A DNA stretch of 63,884 nucleotides, the filler included. It is 15 parts of 15 records of this genome, joined end to end, with 100 filler letters (N's around TTAATTAATTAA, not from the genome) between each part and the next. Parts side by side here need not be neighbours in the genome. Positions count along the whole stretch, not along the records: positions 60,449 to 63,884 come from SRR15195285_14422; 14 more parts are not named here. The stretch is one strand, 5' to 3'. Within the stretch, counting starts at the first letter, position 1. The number at the start of each line of letters is the position of its first letter. The notes under the pieces were generated by a model, which had not been told where the DNA came from, searched no databases, and was given only the letters and a program-made list of their open reading frames with translations. A program made the translations under genes and the position numbers. Shown in pieces: positions 60,449 to 63,884 of this stretch.

Positions 60449-61486
60449 TCCCTGAACTATCCGACCAAGGTGGTCTTCAAATCATCCAAGCCAGCGGTAG
60501 TGATGATTTACTCCACGCTTTTTCTTGGAAAGGCGTACGGCGCACAGGTACGCGCAACCCTCAGCACGCGTGCTTCATTTGCTGCCCCTCCCTCCCCCTT
60601 TCTAGCTGGCTGATGGCAAAATAATCTTGCCGGCTGGTCCGGTGCGCTGCAGGATTACCTTTCAGTATTGCTAATGGTTGCTGGGCTCATATGTTTCGTG
60701 CTCGGAGACGCCGTCGTTGTGTAAGACTGCACCTGTACACACAGATAGACTCAGTTTCGACATCTGTATCGTCAGTGAGTGCACGCCTTCGCTGAGGCTC
60801 GAGGGTGACCTGCGCGTTGGTTGGGCACTGGCAATCAACAACTATGTAGAGAGAGCGTGCACTTCGATCTGATGGGTATCCCGCTGGTGATCGTCGCGCT
60901 CATGATCGAGGCAGGCATCGGCCCAGCGCAGGAGTACTGCCTCCGAACTTTCGATACTCCGAAGGCTGCGCTGGTTGGTTACGCGTACATCGGCGGCTGC
61001 ATCATCAACCTTGTGACCGGTGCGTACAGTGGAGATGTAGAAGGCGCCTGGAACTTCCTTCATGAGCAGGCTGATGCAATAGCTGAGCGAGGGGAGCCTC
61101 AGCCAATGTTTGGGTTGGCGACCCCGTTCTTGTTGGTACTACTGCTTTCGACCGTAAGCTTCTTTGGCATCTCCCTGATCGGTGCGTTTCGAAATAGCTT
61201 GGCCAGTCTATGAGCCACAATAGGAATCTAAGTACTATGTCGTGCGACAGTTTCGATCGTCGACGAGTTTGGAGCGGTAGTAGCGAACCTCGCGGGCACA
61301 GCACGGAGGGCGTTCACACTGGCGGTGTCCTTCCTTTTCTTTCCGAAGCCGTTTACTTTGATGCACGGCGTGGGGATTTGCGCGTTTTTTGCTGGTTTGC
61401 TGTGGAACTCGCAGCGGCGGCACCAAGAGAAGCTGGTGGAGCAGGAGAGGCTGAAACAGTCTGGCGACCCTAAGAAGACACAGTGA
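60449..61486 (+). CDS. Nucleotide-sugar/PAPS transporter (SLC35B/UAA family), 5' truncated, multi-exon
   Basis: LNYPTKVVFKSSK, GKAY..Q|DYLS...GLICFVLGDA, GPAQEY and FGAVVA....TARRAFTLAVSFLFFPKPF. Ends KKTQ* (KKxx ER-retrieval signal). Closest to SLC35B3 by eye. Confidence 0.85.
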
Positions 61487-61781
61487 GATGCCTAACGTCA
61501 CATCTCGTATAGAAACAGCAGGGCCCGTACAAATGAATGAATCCACGCACGGCAAGTGGCCACCACAACCAAGCAAATTGCAGCGCATCGCAGGTTTCAT
61601 GATTATGCATGCCTCGCGCTACGGCTATACATCACACGATTGGTGTATCCCCGTTTAGCAGGAAGGCACAATCGAATTCACACCCGTCACCGCCACCCAC
61701 GGGACCCAGCAAACCGGCTGAGCGTCGGGAAATACGTGCGCACATCTCGAGAAGCTGAAACGGTTGAATGAAACGGGTCCA

Positions 61782-63884
61782 TTAGGTGGGTGACCATCGC
61801 CCGACCACCAACGGTGGCTTCGCGTCGATCGCAACTGATTGGCCTCGCAGTGTCTCGACGGGGTTCGTCAGCAATCGTGAAGCACCGGCCCGACGCGGGC
61901 TACCAGCAGGCTTGCTCCAGCTACGGTCCCGGGTAATCTTAGACCGACGCGTGTCCGTAGTCATCGCCGGCGCCGGTATCTTCTGCTCCTTCACCTGCGC
62001 AAGCAAGGCGTCAACGAGAACACCTCCACCTGCTGGATGTAGCTTCGCCAGCCGCGAAACAGTCTGTGTGCTCAACGACAACAGCGAAGACGGCGACTCA
62101 GCGTCCGCGAAGACGCCCCGCAGCGATGCTATCGGTGTCTGTGGCTCACGCAGCATCACACTGTGGGCCTGCGGGAATCGTGGTTGCTGCGGCTGCTGTG
62201 GCTGCTGCGACGGTGGCCAGTTTGCACCGTATACCTGCTGTCTCACCACCGTATCAACATACGTTGGCGACCTCGCGCCAGAGCTTACACGTCGATGATG
62301 TTGCTTGTGGTTCTGTTCCACTTGTCTCTGCAACGCCTTTGCAATGTGCGCGTTATATGAGCTTATGACGCGCTGTAGTTTGACATCGTCACCCATCGAC
62401 GCTTCCACGGCATCAGTATCGAGTTCTGTACCTATGTCAGATGTCACTTTCCTGTGCTGCAGTCTGCTGCTTCCCTCGCGGTGCACTCCGTGCTTGATTT
62501 TGCGCGCAGATGTGTCCGCAGCAGCACGAGCATTAAACCTGGAATTGGTTTGGGGTGTTCGCAGCTGATAGTCCCGACCAACGGGGCTACTATTGCGCCA
62601 GCGGTTGTTGTGGCCGTAGACAGTCGCAGCCCGCTTCAACTGTGGACTCGGCTCCGTCTTGCGCTTACGCGGTGATATGGGCACGACAGCTCGGTGCTCG
62701 TTGTCCGCGGTGCTAAGAAGAGCAGCTATAGTGGCTAACACAGAAGACTCATCGCAACCATCAGCGCGCGATGAATCACCGTCGCTACCCTTGCGCCACT
62801 CACCACTATTCTTGTCCTCTTGGTGCTCCTCGATCTGTTCCCCCGGCAATGGTGGAGGCCATGGTGGCCATGGCTCTGGTGGCCGGCCAGGACGGTTGTG
62901 CGCCGGCGCAGGGAGCCCCCCTGATAGTACAGATGGCTTTACATGTACTCGCTTGCGCAGCTGCTGGTTCTCAACGACTTCATCCCAGATTGACCATTCA
63001 TGACGCACTCCACCGCCCGAGAAAATGTTGCCCTTGCTAGACTGATCACTAGCCCCAGCAACGTCAGTGATATTCTTACTCGCACAGTCGCTCCCGATCT
63101 GTTCATTTGCAGCAGTGGCAGTGGCAGTGGCAGTGGCAGGATGATTTCGACTGGATGCTTTTGGCCTGGCCAGCCATTTTGCATACTCCCTTTGTTTTGC
63201 TGCAAGCTCATTTTGTTTGGCGAGCTGCGCTTCGTGGCTGGACAAAGATGGTGGTGGCTGCATTGGCTCCCGCTTGCCCATCAGAAACGGATTTGCTTGA
63301 GCTCGCCTTTGCACGACTTGTGCGAGTCTACGAGCAGCCCTGCCGCGATAAGCTGTTTGGATTGTGGTCGCAGCGTGCCTGCGCGACTGTACGTGCTTTG
63401 GGCTGGCTTTCCGAGTATAACAATGCTGAACCTGTGCCGTCTCAATCGTCTTCCTCGTCGAAGCCACATTCTTGGGCTGAATCTCACTGCCAACAGCATT
63501 CCCACGAGAGCTGGTGTTGTCTAATCGTCCCGGTAGGCCAACCCCGTCGCTGTCTACCAGTTTTTCCGATGCAGCTTCCTGGTGCCACTCTGACGCACTT
63601 GCAGGCGTTGCGTATTCGGATTGCTGCTTTGACTGCACCATGTTCTGCTGTTCCAAGAAGTTCAAGGCAGTCTCAAGACCTGCGTCACTAAGTTCCGCCA
63701 ACTCTGTCATCGCTTCCTCACCGATCATGCTACTCACATCATCTATGGTAAACTCACTCGCAGGATCAGAAAACTTCGCCTGAGATTCCTTCTTGAAAGC
63801 GTCGGCCATGTACGTATCTTCTACAGCAGTAGTTACAGCAACAGTGACAGAAACCTCAGGCTCAGGCTCAGGCTCAGGCTCGGC
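61782..63884 (-). CDS. Low-complexity IQ-motif protein, 5' truncated
   Basis: The open frame runs to the window end through PEPEPE and contains the IQ motif AATTIQTAYRGRAARR. Confidence 0.65.
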   Translation of the reverse strand, partial: AEPEPEPEPEVSVTVAVTTAVEDTYMADAFKKESQAKFSDPASEFTIDDVSSMIGEEAMTELAELSDAGLETALNFLEQQNMVQSKQQSEYATPASASEWHQEAASEKLVDSDGVGLPGRLDNTSSRGNAVGSEIQPKNVASTRKTIETAQVQHCYTRKASPKHVQSRRHAATTIQTAYRGRAARRLAQVVQRRAQANPFLMGKREPMQPPPSLSSHEAQLAKQNELAAKQREYAKWLARPKASSRNHPATATATATAANEQIGSDCASKNITDVAGASDQSSKGNIFSGGGVRHEWSIWDEVVENQQLRKRVHVKPSVLSGGLPAPAHNRPGRPPEPWPPWPPPLPGEQIEEHQEDKNSGEWRKGSDGDSSRADGCDESSVLATIAALLSTADNEHRAVVPISPRKRKTEPSPQLKRAATVYGHNNRWRNSSPVGRDYQLRTPQTNSRFNARAAADTSARKIKHGVHREGSSRLQHRKVTSDIGTELDTDAVEASMGDDVKLQRVISSYNAHIAKALQRQVEQNHKQHHRRVSSGARSPTYVDTVVRQQVYGANWPPSQQPQQPQQPRFPQAHSVMLREPQTPIASLRGVFADAESPSSLLSLSTQTVSRLAKLHPAGGGVLVDALLAQVKEQKIPAPAMTTDTRRSKITRDRSWSKPAGSPRRAGASRLLTNPVETLRGQSVAIDAKPPLVVGRWSPT

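Noticed and set aside
1-63884. rRNA, tRNA or CRISPR arrays
   Set aside because: None recognised by eye; tRNAscan-SE and Infernal would be needed to exclude small RNAs.

Overview
This is eukaryotic, intron-containing, GC-rich DNA. It consists of 15 unrelated short contigs (3-6.5 kb) joined by artificial 100-bp spacers (44 N + TTAATTAATTAA + 44 N), so gene order is meaningful only within a contig. Short GT-AG introns (donors often GTGCG/GTACG/GTGAG), many secreted CAZymes and recurrent PEPEP linkers suggest a heterotrophic protist SAG or MAG. The style reminds me of Picozoa, but I cannot verify that. Recognisable genes: a PIF1 helicase, a carnitine carrier tail-to-tail with a carnitine acyltransferase, organellar RadA/Sms, an ABCC transporter, GH20, GH27 and other glycosidase-like proteins, a Gfo/Idh/MocA oxidoreductase, an SLC35B transporter, ankyrin/TPR/IQ proteins and large Cys-rich surface proteins. 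Most notable: (1) an ARM-like/TIR protein whose TIR domain, with its catalytic Glu, is split by 8 introns and is invisible in the ORF track; (2) a UvrD-type helicase fused to a degenerate actin lacking Gln137 and most of subdomain 4; (3) a decayed Polinton-like-virus capsid relic; (4) a secreted protein resembling gp5/VgrG spike beta-repeats; (5) a dispersed GGGCATAA..TTATGCCC palindrome family; (6) a candidate TACTAGTA plus (CG)n promoter signature. All family assignments come from motif recognition by eye; no searches were run.
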